A stretch of DNA of 64,000 nt from an uncultured delta proteobacterium (GCA_963842085.1 CAWJET010000002.1:1600001-1664000), one strand, 5' to 3'. Shown: positions 10,721-22,004, counted from the stretch's first letter. The notes: a model not told the origin generated them from the sequence alone. A program made the numbers and translations.

Positions 10721-11901
10721 AATAGATGAGGTGCTCAAGATCCGACCGCGGAAAATTATGGCCCCGAGTCTGAAGCAGCCTATGTATCCTTCGGAAACAG
10801 CGCTGAGGCCTAAGGCAACAGCTGCTCCGAAGATCTTTTTGACAAATCTGCGTCAGGCAAGACGACAGCAGAACGACGGCGAGGTCATCGCTGCCGCAAT
10901 ATCGCACGTGAACACGGATACCAAACCCGTCGCTGCCACGCCGACGCCAGCGCTGCCCTCGAAACCCAGGAAGGCCGCACGGCGGCCACCGCGGTCATCG
11001 CGTGCGGCGGCCAAATCGGAGAAGTGGTCTGCCGAGTCTCCTTCTCGGGCCGGGGCTTCGGCGCGACCGGCCGTCCTCAGCACTCATTGCTCTGTCGCGC
11101 CGACATGGGAAGGCCTCTCACCTGGCGTACACTGGGACCTAGCAAAATCGTGCCCGGATAGGATTTGCCAGATTCTGGCGATTCGCGCCGGTTGACACTC
11201 AATGGCAAATTCAAACGCCGTTTGCAGACTGTGTTAACAAACGAGGCGTTCTGCACCCACCGCCCGTGCCCCGACTTATATAGGCGCCAACACTGCAACG
11301 GCCCCCTTTCAGACCCCGCCTGCCGCCTGAATTGGAATTCGCCACAGACAGGCTCCTAGGAAATCAGGTACCAGGGCTGCACTTCCAGCACAATTTCGTG
11401 TCCGGCCACTGCCGAAGTCTAGCCATGCAATGCGCGCAAGACTGTGACTGTCAGGTTCGGACCAAGCGATCACCAGCTCGGTGATGTCAGATCCGCCGCT
11501 TCAGCAGGAGAGTCTCCGGCTGCTTCCGACCCCTAGCGCCGCGCGCCCATCGTTTCCGATCTTAGGAAGAAGTCGGCCACACGAAAGTCAGCGAGCCAGC
11601 TCAGCCCCGCGCGGTCTTCATCGGTGGCCCGTTTGCTGAGACCAAGGAAGTGATGGATGGTTTTAAACCTGATTGAATTTCCCAACCGGTTGATCCTTCT
11701 CCTGAGATTAATGATCAGCCACAGCTGTCGCGTCAGGATTCGCAGATGGAGGTACCTGAATCGCGCCGGGATAGGTTTTGCCAGATTCTGGCGATTAACG
11801 CCGACCAAGGCGTTCTCCGGGTCCGCGCGTGATCGCAAATCGCGTGCGCACGCGCGGATTTCGATCGATTCTCCAAGATGTCCGGAAACCGAGAGACTGG
11901 A

Positions 11902-11926
11902 TGGTGGAGCGGAGTGGATTTGAACC
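11902..11926 (-). other. tRNA-3'-end-like motif (possible att remnant)
   Basis: GGTTCAAATCCACTCCGCTCCACCA: T-loop plus CCA, with no rest of a cloverleaf. Confidence 0.45.
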
Positions 11927-12356
11927 ATCGACCCACTTCGCCCTTTCATCGCAAAATTGTCCGCCAATTTAGCGACGAAGTTGCCTGCAGAATAAAGCAG
12001 CAGTGCTGCAGCGAACATTATCGCCCGGCATTCGCCTCCATATTCTGTTCTCCGGTCCGCATCGCGCGCATCTGCGGAGTTCAGCTAAAGCTCCGAACTG
12101 GAACAGCAGATAAGACGTCGATCGTATAGTCGCGCGCACCGGCAGAGTCAGTAGCTCATCGATGCTGAGATCTTTCAGCGAGTTCCCGCGCGGCGTTCCC
12201 GAACCAGCTTCAGCAATCTGGTTTGAGATGACTGATTAAGGCACGGGCCAACTCTCACCCCACATGCTGTTTCTTACTCTATCTTTGAGTCTGGTATCGT
12301 CTTTCGATCGTCGAAGCAGCTCAATTGAAATAGACTTAAATATCTCCGGAGGAGCC

Positions 12357-13370
12357 ATGGCAGCAAAATCACGCCCAATTCCGTCGCCGATGCAGATTTA
12401 CGCCGACCAGTGGGCAGCGTGGCGAACCTCAGCGCTCGCGGCGGCGGTCGAACTTGACATCTTCACCGCGATCGATGAAGGCAAGCGAACCGCCGACGCG
12501 GTGGCGTCACGCGCCGGCGCGAACGCGTCCACGGTCCGGCGGCTGCTCGATGTTCTGGTCGCGATGAAGTACCTGGCGCGTGGCGGAGAGCAATACGAGC
12601 TAAGCCCAGCGGCGCGAACGTTCCTTTCCCGCAAGAGCGACCTGTTCATGGAAGGCATCGACCAAGTTGTGAGAATGCTCTCGACGAGCTGGCAGCAATT
12701 GGCGCAGGCCGTTCGCGACGGACATCCAGCTGTCCAGGGCGGAGCATCCCGTGGAGAGTTTTTCGCGGTGCTGGTGAAGAGCATCTTCCCGCAGAGTTAC
12801 GCCGCCGGAAAAATCGCGGCGCGCGGGATGGCGCCCCAGACGCGCAAGCGAATCAGGAACGTCCTCGATGTCGGCGGCGGCGCCGCGTCATGGTCGATTT
12901 CAATTGCCCAGGATCTGCCCGGCGCGCGCGTGACGCTGGTGGATTTGCCGCAGGTCGTTCCGGTCGCTCGCCAATATACAGAGCGCTATGGAGTCGCGGA
13001 CCGCTTCGATTATCGCGAGGGCGACTTCCGCGAAGTGGACTTCGGCGCGGAACAATTCGACCTCGTAGTCCTCGGCCACATCATCCATGGCGAGGGCGCC
13101 GAATGGGGCAAGCGGCTCATCGCGCGATGCGCCGCGGCGCTGCGCAGCAAGGGCATGCTCCTCATCGCGGAGTTGATCCCGAACGACGCGCGAACGGGCC
13201 CCGCAATACCGATGCTGTTCGATTTGAACATGATGCTGCACACGCCGGCCGGCGCGACCTTTACGATGCGTGAGTATCGCGAGTGGCTCAAAGAGGCGGG
13301 CTTCGGTGCGCTCAAAATCATCAAGTCGGCAGCGCTGCCTTCGCCGCTGATCCTCGCCACCAAGCCGTAG
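12357..13370 (+). CDS. O-methyltransferase (dimerisation plus Methyltransf_2 domain)
   Basis: AAVELDIF wHTH, VLDVGGG SAM motif, GDF, GHIIH; GGAGG RBS before 12357. Confidence 0.88.
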   Translation: MAAKSRPIPSPMQIYADQWAAWRTSALAAAVELDIFTAIDEGKRTADAVASRAGANASTVRRLLDVLVAMKYLARGGEQYELSPAARTFLSRKSDLFMEGIDQVVRMLSTSWQQLAQAVRDGHPAVQGGASRGEFFAVLVKSIFPQSYAAGKIAARGMAPQTRKRIRNVLDVGGGAASWSISIAQDLPGARVTLVDLPQVVPVARQYTERYGVADRFDYREGDFREVDFGAEQFDLVVLGHIIHGEGAEWGKRLIARCAAALRSKGMLLIAELIPNDARTGPAIPMLFDLNMMLHTPAGATFTMREYREWLKEAGFGALKIIKSAALPSPLILATKP

Positions 13371-13548
13371 CAGGGGTTTTGAGCCGGCTGGTGGTTTAGC
13401 CCCTGTGACACTGAGTTGTCCCCTGTCCAGAGAAGCGAATTGAAAAACAAGAACGGCCTCTGCCATGGCGACGCGAGGACCGAGAATATTGCGCAAAAGG
13501 AAAGGGACCGAGGGTTTGAGCGCCCGATCCCTCCTGTAGCTCCCGGCA

Positions 13549-13788
13549 CTACTTCTTGGTCTTCGTCGTCTTGGTCCGCGACGCCGAGCCGTACCGCTTG
13601 CCGAAACACTTCCGGCAGCGGCGATCGCGTCGCTTGATGAAGCTCGGAGCGAGATCGTCACTCCCGCAGTAGCGGCACACGAGCTTCTCTGCTTTGGGCT
13701 TGCCCTCCGCCTTCTTCACCGGCGTTCTTCCAGACCTGGTGTTTAGCGCCCCAGTTTTCTTGGCGCCGACCAATTTCGCGTGTTCCAT
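13549..13788 (-). CDS. Small Lys-rich CxxC/CxxC (zinc-ribbon-like) protein
   Basis: CRYCGSDDLAPSF...CRKC; AAGGAG RBS; divergent from DUF2924. Confidence 0.6.
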   Translation of the reverse strand: MEHAKLVGAKKTGALNTRSGRTPVKKAEGKPKAEKLVCRYCGSDDLAPSFIKRRDRRCRKCFGKRYGSASRTKTTKTKK

Positions 13789-13984
13789 TTTCACGATCTC
13801 CTTCAGCCATATCGGCTGGCGTCGGATGTTTGCTCTGACGCGGCGACGAAGCGAGCGCCGAGCGCACATTTTCTCGTACCCTCAAAGGCGATGGGAAGGC
13901 GAATGAGGCGCGAACAGCGCGACTGGCTTCCGGTGCCAACCAGAGCGATGTGTGTGTCTGCCCGCGCGAGGAGGCGGGGCACAC

Positions 13985-14470
13985 ATGCAGGACGAGAGAT
14001 CTTTCAGGTCGCCGGAGCCGATCCCACAGCGGATCGCAAGGCTGAAGTCGTATTCGGTCGCCGAGCTGAAACAGCAATGGCAGGCGCTCTACCACTCCGA
14101 TCCACCACATCGCATCAGTCGCGAGCTTTTGACCCGTGCCGTGGCGTATCGCATCCAGGAGCAAGTCCACGGAGGGCTCAAACCCTCCACCCGCAGAATG
14201 CTAATTCGTCTAGCCAACGACGCGCGATCAGGACGGCCGCTCAGACCTGAGCCGGCCGCCGGAGCGCCGGCGGGGACTGTATTACTGCGCGAGTGGCATG
14301 GCGTAACTCATGAGGTGAGAGTGCTCGATTGGGGAGTGCTGTTCAAGCGAAAGCGCTATCGCTCGCTCACCGAGGTCGCCCAGCTGATCACCGGCGCGCA
14401 CTGGAATGGGCCACAGTTCTTCGGTTTGCGAGGCAGGCGAAAGCAGGAGACAAGTCATGAATCGAAGTGA
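13985..14470 (+). CDS. DUF2924 protein
   Basis: ELKQQW..LY, AYRIQE...GGL, GTVLLREWHG..HEV, YRSLT.VA..ITGAHWNGP.FFGL. Confidence 0.9.
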   Translation: MQDERSFRSPEPIPQRIARLKSYSVAELKQQWQALYHSDPPHRISRELLTRAVAYRIQEQVHGGLKPSTRRMLIRLANDARSGRPLRPEPAAGAPAGTVLLREWHGVTHEVRVLDWGVLFKRKRYRSLTEVAQLITGAHWNGPQFFGLRGRRKQETSHESK

Positions 14471-16228
14471 CGGCGCTCCGAACCGGTGTGCGATCTATAC
14501 GCGCAAGTCCTCCGAGGAGGGGCTCGAGCAGAACTTCAACTCGCTGCACGCGCAGCGCCAGGCCTGTGAAGCATTCGTCAAGAGCCAAGTCGGCGAGGGC
14601 TGGCGCCTGATCAAGACAGCGTATGACGACGGCGGATTTTCCGGCGCGACCATGGATCGACCGGCCCTGAAAGCCCCGGTCGCCCACGTCAAGGAAAAGC
14701 GCATCGACGTGGTCGTGGTCTACAAAGTCGACCGTCTCACCCGGTCGCTGGCCGACTTCGCCAAGATCGTGGAAATCTTTGATGCCCACGGAGTTTCGTT
14801 TGTCACGGTCACGCAGCAGTTCAACACCACCACGTCGATGGGCCGATTAACCCTGAACGTGCTGCTCTCATTTGCACAGTTCGAACGCGAGGTGACCGGC
14901 GAGCGCATCCGCGACAAGATCGCGGCGTCCAAGCAGAAAGGGATGTGGATGGGAGGCACGCCGCCGCTGGGCTACGACCTGCGCGATCGTCGTCTAGTGG
15001 TAAACGAAGCCGAAGCTAAGACGGTGCAATTGATCTTTAAGCTCTATCTCGAATTCAAGACCTTGCGTAGGGTCAAAAAAGAACTGGACCGCAGGTCGAT
15101 TCTCTCCAAGCAACGGGTGTCGAGAGGTAGTGTACGGCACGGCGGTTTCCCTTTCGGACGCTGCGCGCTCTATCACCTGCTCGCCAATCCGGTCTACGTG
15201 GGCGAGATCCGGCACAAGAATGTCACCTACCCGGGTCAGCACGAAGCGATAATCGAAAGAGTGACTTGGCAGCAGGTTCAGGAGATGCTGAGCCAGAAAG
15301 CCGCTCACCCTCGGGGACGAACGGTCAGAAGAAGCCCTGGCCTCCTCATGGGCAAACTCTTCGATCAGAGCGGCGAGCCGCTGTATTCCTGCTGGGCGAA
15401 AAAAGGACAGCGGCGCTACAGGTACTTCGTCTCGAAGAGGCTGGTCAGGGGAACCGCGAAGCCGGATGAACGTGGGTGGCGCCTGCCTGCCGAACGAACT
15501 GAACTGGCGGTAATGGCCGGCACAAGACCAATGCTCTCGGATCGCGGGGCGCTGGCCTCAACCCTCAGAGCTTTTGGCTTCGCTGCTGCAGAACTCAAGC
15601 AGGCGGTCGGGGCAATCGATTCGAAGGTCAAATCTCATCAGCGGGTCGAGACGGCAGAGGATACGGGGACGCTCATAGAGCGAGTCGAGCTAAGGCGGGA
15701 CGGAATGCAGATCACACTCAATCTACGAGCGCTTCTGCCACCCGATCGGTTCCCCGCCGGCGGAGCCAACCTCCGAATGACCCGTCTTGTTCCGCTGCAG
15801 ATGAGGCGTCGTGGCGTGGAAACGCGCTGGTGCTCCCAAGCGAAGCGGTCGTAGCTCCGCGGACAGATCCTGCCCTGCTTCGAGCATTGGCCCGCGGGTA
15901 CCAGTGGTTCGGCGAACTCGCGGCAGGAACTGCCACTTTAACCAGTCAGATCGCCATTCGAGAAGGTGTGAGCGAAAGCTATGTGCGTCATATGGTGCCG
16001 CTAGCCCTGCTCGCTCCAGCAGTCGTTGAATCTATCTGCGCCGGGCGGCAAGGCGTCTGCCTCTCGGCCGAGCGCCTCAAGGTTCTGGCCGGCGTTCCTA
16101 TCGAATGGGATGCACAGCAGCGACTGCTGGCGGATTTAGAAACGTCCCCCCTTTTCCTTCTCCCTTCTGAGACCTCCAGGGCCCCCATCGATTCTGGCGA
16201 AAGATCAAGCGTCCAAGGCGCCAACTAG
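14457..16228 (+). pseudogene. Large serine recombinase, frameshifted near 15830
   Basis: CAIYTRKSS, DDGGFSGATMDRP, YKVDRLTRS, FAQFERE; the C-terminal DPALLRALARG continues in another frame. Confidence 0.88.
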
Positions 16229-16504
16229 AGGAGGGCTCGGCCCGTGGGACCGAGTCTTTTCCAAACAGAGAGGAATTGCGCTGAATTGGCAATTTATGAG
16301 CATTGCTCCCTCTCTCCGGTGCCACGAATTGAGCGAATCGGCCCGTCCACGCGCCAATTTGCCGCCTTCTCCGAATTGTATGTGAATCCTACAAACTGTG
16401 TGGCGGATGAGGCAGTTCTGGATCGAACCCTTCTCTGCGATTTCGAGCGCGATCCAAGCCGACATCGACCCGAAAAGCCGTGGATCCGCCTAGGTTTTTT
16501 GGGC

Positions 16505-16595
16505 AAATTCCCTACTCAACTGAACAGGGAATTATTTTTCGGTAACAGGGATTTATTTCCGCGGATCAGGGAATTTACAGGATGGATCAGGGAAA
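16505..16595 (+). repeat. Phased CAGGGA repeat array (4 copies, 21-bp period) with an inverted copy
   Basis: CAGGGA at 16525, 16546, 16567 and 16588; AATTCCCT at 16506 is inverted to AGGGAATT. Confidence 0.8.
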
Positions 16596-16794
16596 TCAGT
16601 AATTCGCCGCACACAGTGATCTGAATCGACGACGTAACGCTGTTTCCAGTACGGCTCCATCCAGGCTCTTTTCTCCACGCTTTTGCTTGGACGATAGCCC
16701 AGATCGGCGGCCTCTTGTCAGCCACAGAAGGTCTGTTCTCGGACGCTCAGCTCCCGTGCACAACCTCCCATGACCTCGCACCTATGTCGATCCA

Positions 16795-19080
16795 TCAGAG
16801 ACCGACCTTCCTCAGCCTTAGCGCGTTGGCGATCACCGACACGGAGCTCAGACTCATCGCGGCGCTCGCGATAATTGGACTCAGCAGCACACCAAATGCC
16901 GGATAAAGAACGCCGGCTGCGATTGGTATACCAAGGACGTTGTAGATAAACGCAAAGAAAAGGTTCTGCCGGATGTTTCGCATCGTCGCGCGGCTGAGGC
17001 GCCGCGCCTTCACGATACCGCGCAGATCCCCCTTGACCAGGGTGACGCCCGCGCTCTCCATTGCCACGTCGGTGCCGGTGCCCATCGCAATCCCGACCTG
17101 TGCCTGCGCCAGCGCGGGTGCGTCGTTGATCCCGTCACCGGCCATCGCGACGATACGTCCTTCCGCTTGCAATCGCTTGACTACCGTGGCCTTCTGATCG
17201 GGCAACACCTCTGCCTCGACCCGATCGATGCCGAGTTTCTTCGCGACCGCCGCCGCTGTGATCTGGTTGTCGCCGGTCAGAAGAACGATCGTCACACCGT
17301 CATCCCGCAGCATCCTGAGTGCTTCCGGAGTGGACGGCTTGATCGGGTCGGCAACGCCGATGAGTCCGGCGCGGCAGCCATCGACAGCGACGAACATCAC
17401 GGTCTGCCCATCTTTTCGCTGAGCGTCCGCATCGGCGGAAACACCGATAGTGACGCCCAACTCGCGCATCATGTGCTGATTCCCGAGCGCAACTGGGCGG
17501 CCTTCGATGCGCCCGGTCACTCCTTGTCACGTCACGGATTTGAAGTCCTCGGCGGTCGCAAGCGTCAGCTTGCGCTCTTCGGCGCCGGCGACAATCGCTG
17601 CTGACAGCGGATGCTCGCTGCCCCGCTCAAGGCCGGCGGCGAGCCGCAACACCTCGGCGTCCGTGAAGCCGTTGAGCGCGGTGACCGAGACTAGCCGCGG
17701 CTTTCCCTCGGTCAGAGTCCCGGTCTTGTCGACGACGAGCGTGTCCACCTTTTCGAGAATCTCGAGCGCCTCAGCGTTCTTGATCAGTACGCCCGCAGTT
17801 GCGCCGCGGCCGGTGCCGACCATGATCGACATTGGAGTTGCAAGGCCTAGCGCGCATGGGCACGCGATGATCAGGACCGCGACCGCGTTCACGATTGCGT
17901 AAGCCATCCGCGGCTGCGGACCGACAATCGCCCAGACGATGAAAGTAATTACGGCCGCCAAAATGACGGCCGGGACGAAATACGATGCAACGATATCGAC
18001 GAGCCGCTGAATCGGAGCGCGGCTGCGTTGAGCATCGCTCACCATGCGGACGATCTGTGCGAGCAGAGTATCGCTGCCGACCCGCTCGGCACGCATGATG
18101 AATCCACCAGTTTCGTTGATGGTCGCTCCGATCAGCCTGTCGCCCGGTTTCTTCTCGACGGGTATTGGCTCGCCGGTAACCATCGACTCGTCAACCGAGC
18201 TGGTCCCCTCCAGAACTCCGCCGTCGATGGGGACTTTCTCGCCGGGACGAACGCGCAGCCGATCTCCGGGGACGACGCGATCGAGTGGGATGTCCTCTTC
18301 GCGTCCGTCAGGCCTGATCACGCGCGCGGTCTTCGGCGCCAATCCCAGCAACGCTCTGATCGCGCTGCTGGTGTTGCTTCGAGCACGAAGCTCGAGGACC
18401 TGTCCGAGCAGTACCAGCGCAGTGATTGCGGCAGCGGCCTCGAAGTAGACCGGAACGGTGCCATCAGCGGCGCGGAACGAATCGGGAAACAAACTCGGGA
18501 AGATAGCTGCGATCAGGCTGTAACCGTAGGCGACGCCAACGCCCATCCCGATCAACGTGAACATGTTGAGACTGCGGTTGACGATCGATTGCCAGCCGCG
18601 AACGAACAGCGGCCAGCCCGCCCACAGCACGGCGGGAGTTGCGAGCGCCAATTCGATCCAGGTCCGCAGCGACGCGGGCATCACGCGCTGAAGAGGACGG
18701 CCCGAAATCATGTCCGACATTTCGATCGCGATCAGCGGGATCGTGAGCGCGACGCTCATCCAGAAGCGCCGCGTCATGTCCGCCAGTTCCGGGGAAACCT
18801 CCTCACCGGCGCTGACAACGCGCGGCTCCAGCGTCATTCCGCATATTGGACAATTGCCCGGCTCGGAACGAACGATCTGCGGATGCTTCGGGCAGACGTA
18901 TTTGGTTTTTGAGACCGCCGGCATCGGCGCGACCGGTTCCAGCGCCATGCTGCACTTGGGACACGAACCCGGATGGTCCTGCCGAATCTCGGGATGCATC
19001 GGACAGGTGTAGTCGCGAGTCTCGCCGGCGCTCGCCACAGAATGCGCGGCCGAATTTTCGACTCCGTGCAGGTCGTTCAT
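16795..19080 (-). pseudogene. copA: Cu+-translocating P1B ATPase interrupted by an in-frame TGA (17527-17529)
   Basis: YTCPMHP metal-binding repeats, [37 protein letters not shown]; both ORFs are in one frame. Confidence 0.9.
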
Positions 19081-19087
19081 GGCACGC

Positions 19088-19335
19088 TCACCCGCCGGCC
19101 GAGGCCTCCGGGGACCGACGACTGTGTCCGCGATGCTCTGACCGCCGGACCTCGCGTGACAGCTTTTGCGATTTTAGATGTTCGTACACACTCGACCATT
19201 CGTACACACTCGACCAAAGGAAGCCGAGGGTGAACGCGAAGGCCAGCTCTTCCACGGGGATTCCCAACACCAGAGCTCCAGAGATCGCCGGCAGATTCCA
19301 TACGAGCCGTACCAGACGTGGTTCGATCGCGGCGC
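19088..19335 (-). pseudogene. C-terminal fragment of a membrane protein (GIPVEE, lycopene-cyclase-domain-like)
   Basis: WNL.AISG...LGIPVEELAFAF; contains an 18-bp tandem duplication at 19181-19216. Confidence 0.45.
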
Positions 19336-19350
19336 TCGCGATCTTGGCCG

Positions 19351-20154
19351 CTAAACGCGCCGCGCGATAAACCGCGCCTGTGCGATTTTGCCCGCGCCCG
19401 CCATCTCGCCGATGAAACGGAACCCGTCGATGAGCGCCTCCAGCAGGTCGGTGCGGAACCCTACGGTCCGCAGGGCATCGTACCCAAACTGCATCTCGAC
19501 CATGTCGAGATATAGATCCACATGGCGTGCAAACCGTCCGGTGTCTTCCGCAACGCGCACCTCGCAGCCGTTTCCTGACAGCAGTTTGGCGTAGCCCGCA
19601 ATGTCCTCGACGTTGGCGAACATCATCGTGCCGAGAAAGCGCTGGGCCTCCGAACCAGTCAGTCCCACAGGCCCTTCGACCCAATCGGTGAAAGCAATCA
19701 CGCCCCCGGGCCGAACAATGCGCACTGCCTCCGCAATCAACCTCGGCTTGTCGGGGACGTAGCACCATGCGTCCTCGCTCCAGACGAAATCCGCGCTGGC
19801 CGACGGCAGGCCGCTCTGACAGGCATCGGCTAGAACAAACCGGATTTTATCGTCCATGCCCTCTTCATGGGTCAGCCGCCGACCGCGCTCGACGATTGCC
19901 TCGGTTATGTCCACGCCGACCATCGAGGCGACATGGCGAACCCTCACCAGAAAGCGCATGTCCGCGCCGTTGCAGCAACACAGATCGACCCCGCCCATCC
20001 CGGCCCTGATTCCGGCGCGTTCCGCCAGATCGATCGACGCCTTCATTCCTCCTATGTGAATTTGCTGCCCAAATATAAGTTGAAAGAGGTCGCCCGGCGC
20101 ACTGCTATAGACGGAGACTACATCCGTCACCCCGACGCCGGTTATAGACTTCAC
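19351..20154 (-). CDS. Class I SAM methyltransferase, sarcosine/dimethylglycine N-methyltransferase-like
   Basis: FGQQIHIGG, VDLCCCNG (motif I), DFVWSEDA, RIVRPGG.IAFTD; GTG overlaps the upstream stop; AGGAG RBS. Confidence 0.8.
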   Translation of the reverse strand: MKSITGVGVTDVVSVYSSAPGDLFQLIFGQQIHIGGMKASIDLAERAGIRAGMGGVDLCCCNGADMRFLVRVRHVASMVGVDITEAIVERGRRLTHEEGMDDKIRFVLADACQSGLPSASADFVWSEDAWCYVPDKPRLIAEAVRIVRPGGVIAFTDWVEGPVGLTGSEAQRFLGTMMFANVEDIAGYAKLLSGNGCEVRVAEDTGRFARHVDLYLDMVEMQFGYDALRTVGFRTDLLEALIDGFRFIGEMAGAGKIAQARFIARRV

Positions 20155-21176
20155 GATTGTTTCCTCCTTTCACCTTGAATCGCGCCGCTGGCCGCGCGGA
20201 TACCCTCGCGCATCTGCGGATCGCCATCTTTGAAAGTGAAATTCGTCAGCCACAGACGCAGTAGGTGCCGTTTTCTCTCCGGTTCCTTCCAGTCCTCATA
20301 TTCCGTGCGCGCGTGCAGGATCACTGCGTTCTTGAGGAACTGCATGTCGCCGGGCTCGAAGTCCATTTCTTGGTAAAAGGCCGGATCGTTTGCGATCGTG
20401 TCGATCAGATCCAGTAATTCAGTCTGAGCGGCAGTCAGGCGCGGCACTTCCGGGAACCGCTGTGCGTTGCGGATATACCAACCGATATAGAACGTGCCGA
20501 GACGCCCGTTCTCGTACCTGCAAATCGGAAAATTGAAATACCGCGGCTCTCCCGGTCCCGCTTCAGCCTCCCGATCCCAGAAGAAGTTTTCGAAAAGCAA
20601 GGGCGCCAGGTCGGGCCGCCGCCGCATCAGTTCGTTGAATATCGAAACCGAGCTGGCGATTCGGCTTAGTCCTCCCGATTTCGCGCGGTTGAGGCACATC
20701 AGGCCGATGATGTCGGCGCCGTCGGTGTGAAAGTCGAGTTTCATCCGCGTGCGATATAGCCGGATTCCGGGTTGCGTTGGGTCGGCTCCATCATCGCGCA
20801 CATGGCCCAGCGCATCGCCCTTGCGATTTTGGGGAACCGGGCACCCCATTTGCAGACCGATGAGCCAGTACGCGAATGATGCTTCCGCTTCAGTGTGATC
20901 CGCCGCCGGAAATCCTCTGACCAGGAAAAAGCCCCGGCCATCGTCCAGCTCTCGCATCCACGCCGCGATGGCAGGACCGAGCACCGGAAGCGGGTAGTCC
21001 GACGCGGAGATTTCCCTCAGCGCCTTGCCCATCCGCCGATACGCTTGTATAGCGGAATCGAGCTCCGCATTCTCCGCGTCGGACAGGACATGGATCCAGT
21101 CGCTTCGCTTGCTCTGCTGGGGGCCGAGCCATGCGGCCGGGCTACTTACGAATTTATCTGGAATTCTATTGGCCAT
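20151..21176 (-). CDS. TauD/TfdA-family Fe(II)/2-oxoglutarate dioxygenase
   Basis: FHTD...HART facial triad, RHLLRLWL, GRGFFLVRG. Confidence 0.9.
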   Translation of the reverse strand: MANRIPDKFVSSPAAWLGPQQSKRSDWIHVLSDAENAELDSAIQAYRRMGKALREISASDYPLPVLGPAIAAWMRELDDGRGFFLVRGFPAADHTEAEASFAYWLIGLQMGCPVPQNRKGDALGHVRDDGADPTQPGIRLYRTRMKLDFHTDGADIIGLMCLNRAKSGGLSRIASSVSIFNELMRRRPDLAPLLFENFFWDREAEAGPGEPRYFNFPICRYENGRLGTFYIGWYIRNAQRFPEVPRLTAAQTELLDLIDTIANDPAFYQEMDFEPGDMQFLKNAVILHARTEYEDWKEPERKRHLLRLWLTNFTFKDGDPQMREGIRAASGAIQGERRKQS

Positions 21177-21191
21177 CGAATCTGTCTCGCG

Positions 21192-22004
21192 TCAGCTTCG
21201 CGCCGGCTTGCGGGCCCGGACGAAGGCGCTTATGAATTTGCCGTTCGCCATTTGCGCGAATTTCTCGAGGTCTGGATTTTCCGCAAGAAATCCTTGCGCG
21301 TCGGCCGCCGTATAGATCCGCGTCGCTTCCACTTCGATTTGTTCAAATCCCGCCGCAGCGAGCTTCGATTGGTATTCCGACTCGTTCAGCGCCCCGGCGA
21401 TGCATCCGGCCCACAGCTCGACGCGGCGACGAATCTCGCCCGGCATCTCACCGCGGACCACGATGTCCGAAACGGCGAATCGTCCCCCTGGCTTCAGCAC
21501 GCGGAACGCCTCGTGCAGCACCCGATCCTTGTCGGCCGACAGATTGATCACGCAGTTTGAGATGATTACATCCACCGAATTGTCGGGCAGCGGGATATGC
21601 TCGATCTCGCCTTTGAGGATTTCGACATTCTGGACACCCGCTTTGCGTTGGTTGTCGCGCGCAAGGGCGAGCATCTCGTCAGTCATGTCGAGCCCGTACG
21701 CCTTGCCCGCCGGCCCAACTCTTCGCGCTGAGAGCAGCACGTCGATCCCGCCACCTGAGCCCAGGTCGAGCACGATTTCGCCCGGCTTCAGCTCGGCGAG
21801 CGCTGTTGGATTCCCGCATCCCAGCGACGCCGCAAGCGCCTGGGCGGGAATCAATGCGGTCTCACTCTCGCGGTAGAGATTCGAGGTGATCGGGTTTCCC
21901 GCGGGCGCTGCCGAGCCGCAGCACGAGGCGCCCTGTTCGGTGACTCGCCGCGCCGCTTGCGCGTACTCTTCCCTGACCTTCTCCCTTATCGATTCATTAC
22001 TCAT
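21192..22004 (-). CDS. arsM: Arsenite S-adenosylmethionine methyltransferase
   Basis: SCCG, SLGCGNP, LDLGSGGG, SNCVINL, WAGCIAGA; GGAGG RBS before 22004. Confidence 0.93.
   Translation of the reverse strand: MSNESIREKVREEYAQAARRVTEQGASCCGSAAPAGNPITSNLYRESETALIPAQALAASLGCGNPTALAELKPGEIVLDLGSGGGIDVLLSARRVGPAGKAYGLDMTDEMLALARDNQRKAGVQNVEILKGEIEHIPLPDNSVDVIISNCVINLSADKDRVLHEAFRVLKPGGRFAVSDIVVRGEMPGEIRRRVELWAGCIAGALNESEYQSKLAAAGFEQIEVEATRIYTAADAQGFLAENPDLEKFAQMANGKFISAFVRARKPARS

Noticed and set aside
11902-11940. tRNA gene
   Set aside because: Only a T-loop and CCA-like end are present; no D or anticodon arm or matching 5' acceptor strand
16505-16595. CRISPR array
   Set aside because: The conserved core is only ~6-9 bp with a 21-bp period, and there are no cas genes
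17527-17529. Selenocysteine recoding in copA
   Set aside because: The TGA aligns with a conserved Gly, not a Cys, and no clear SECIS was seen
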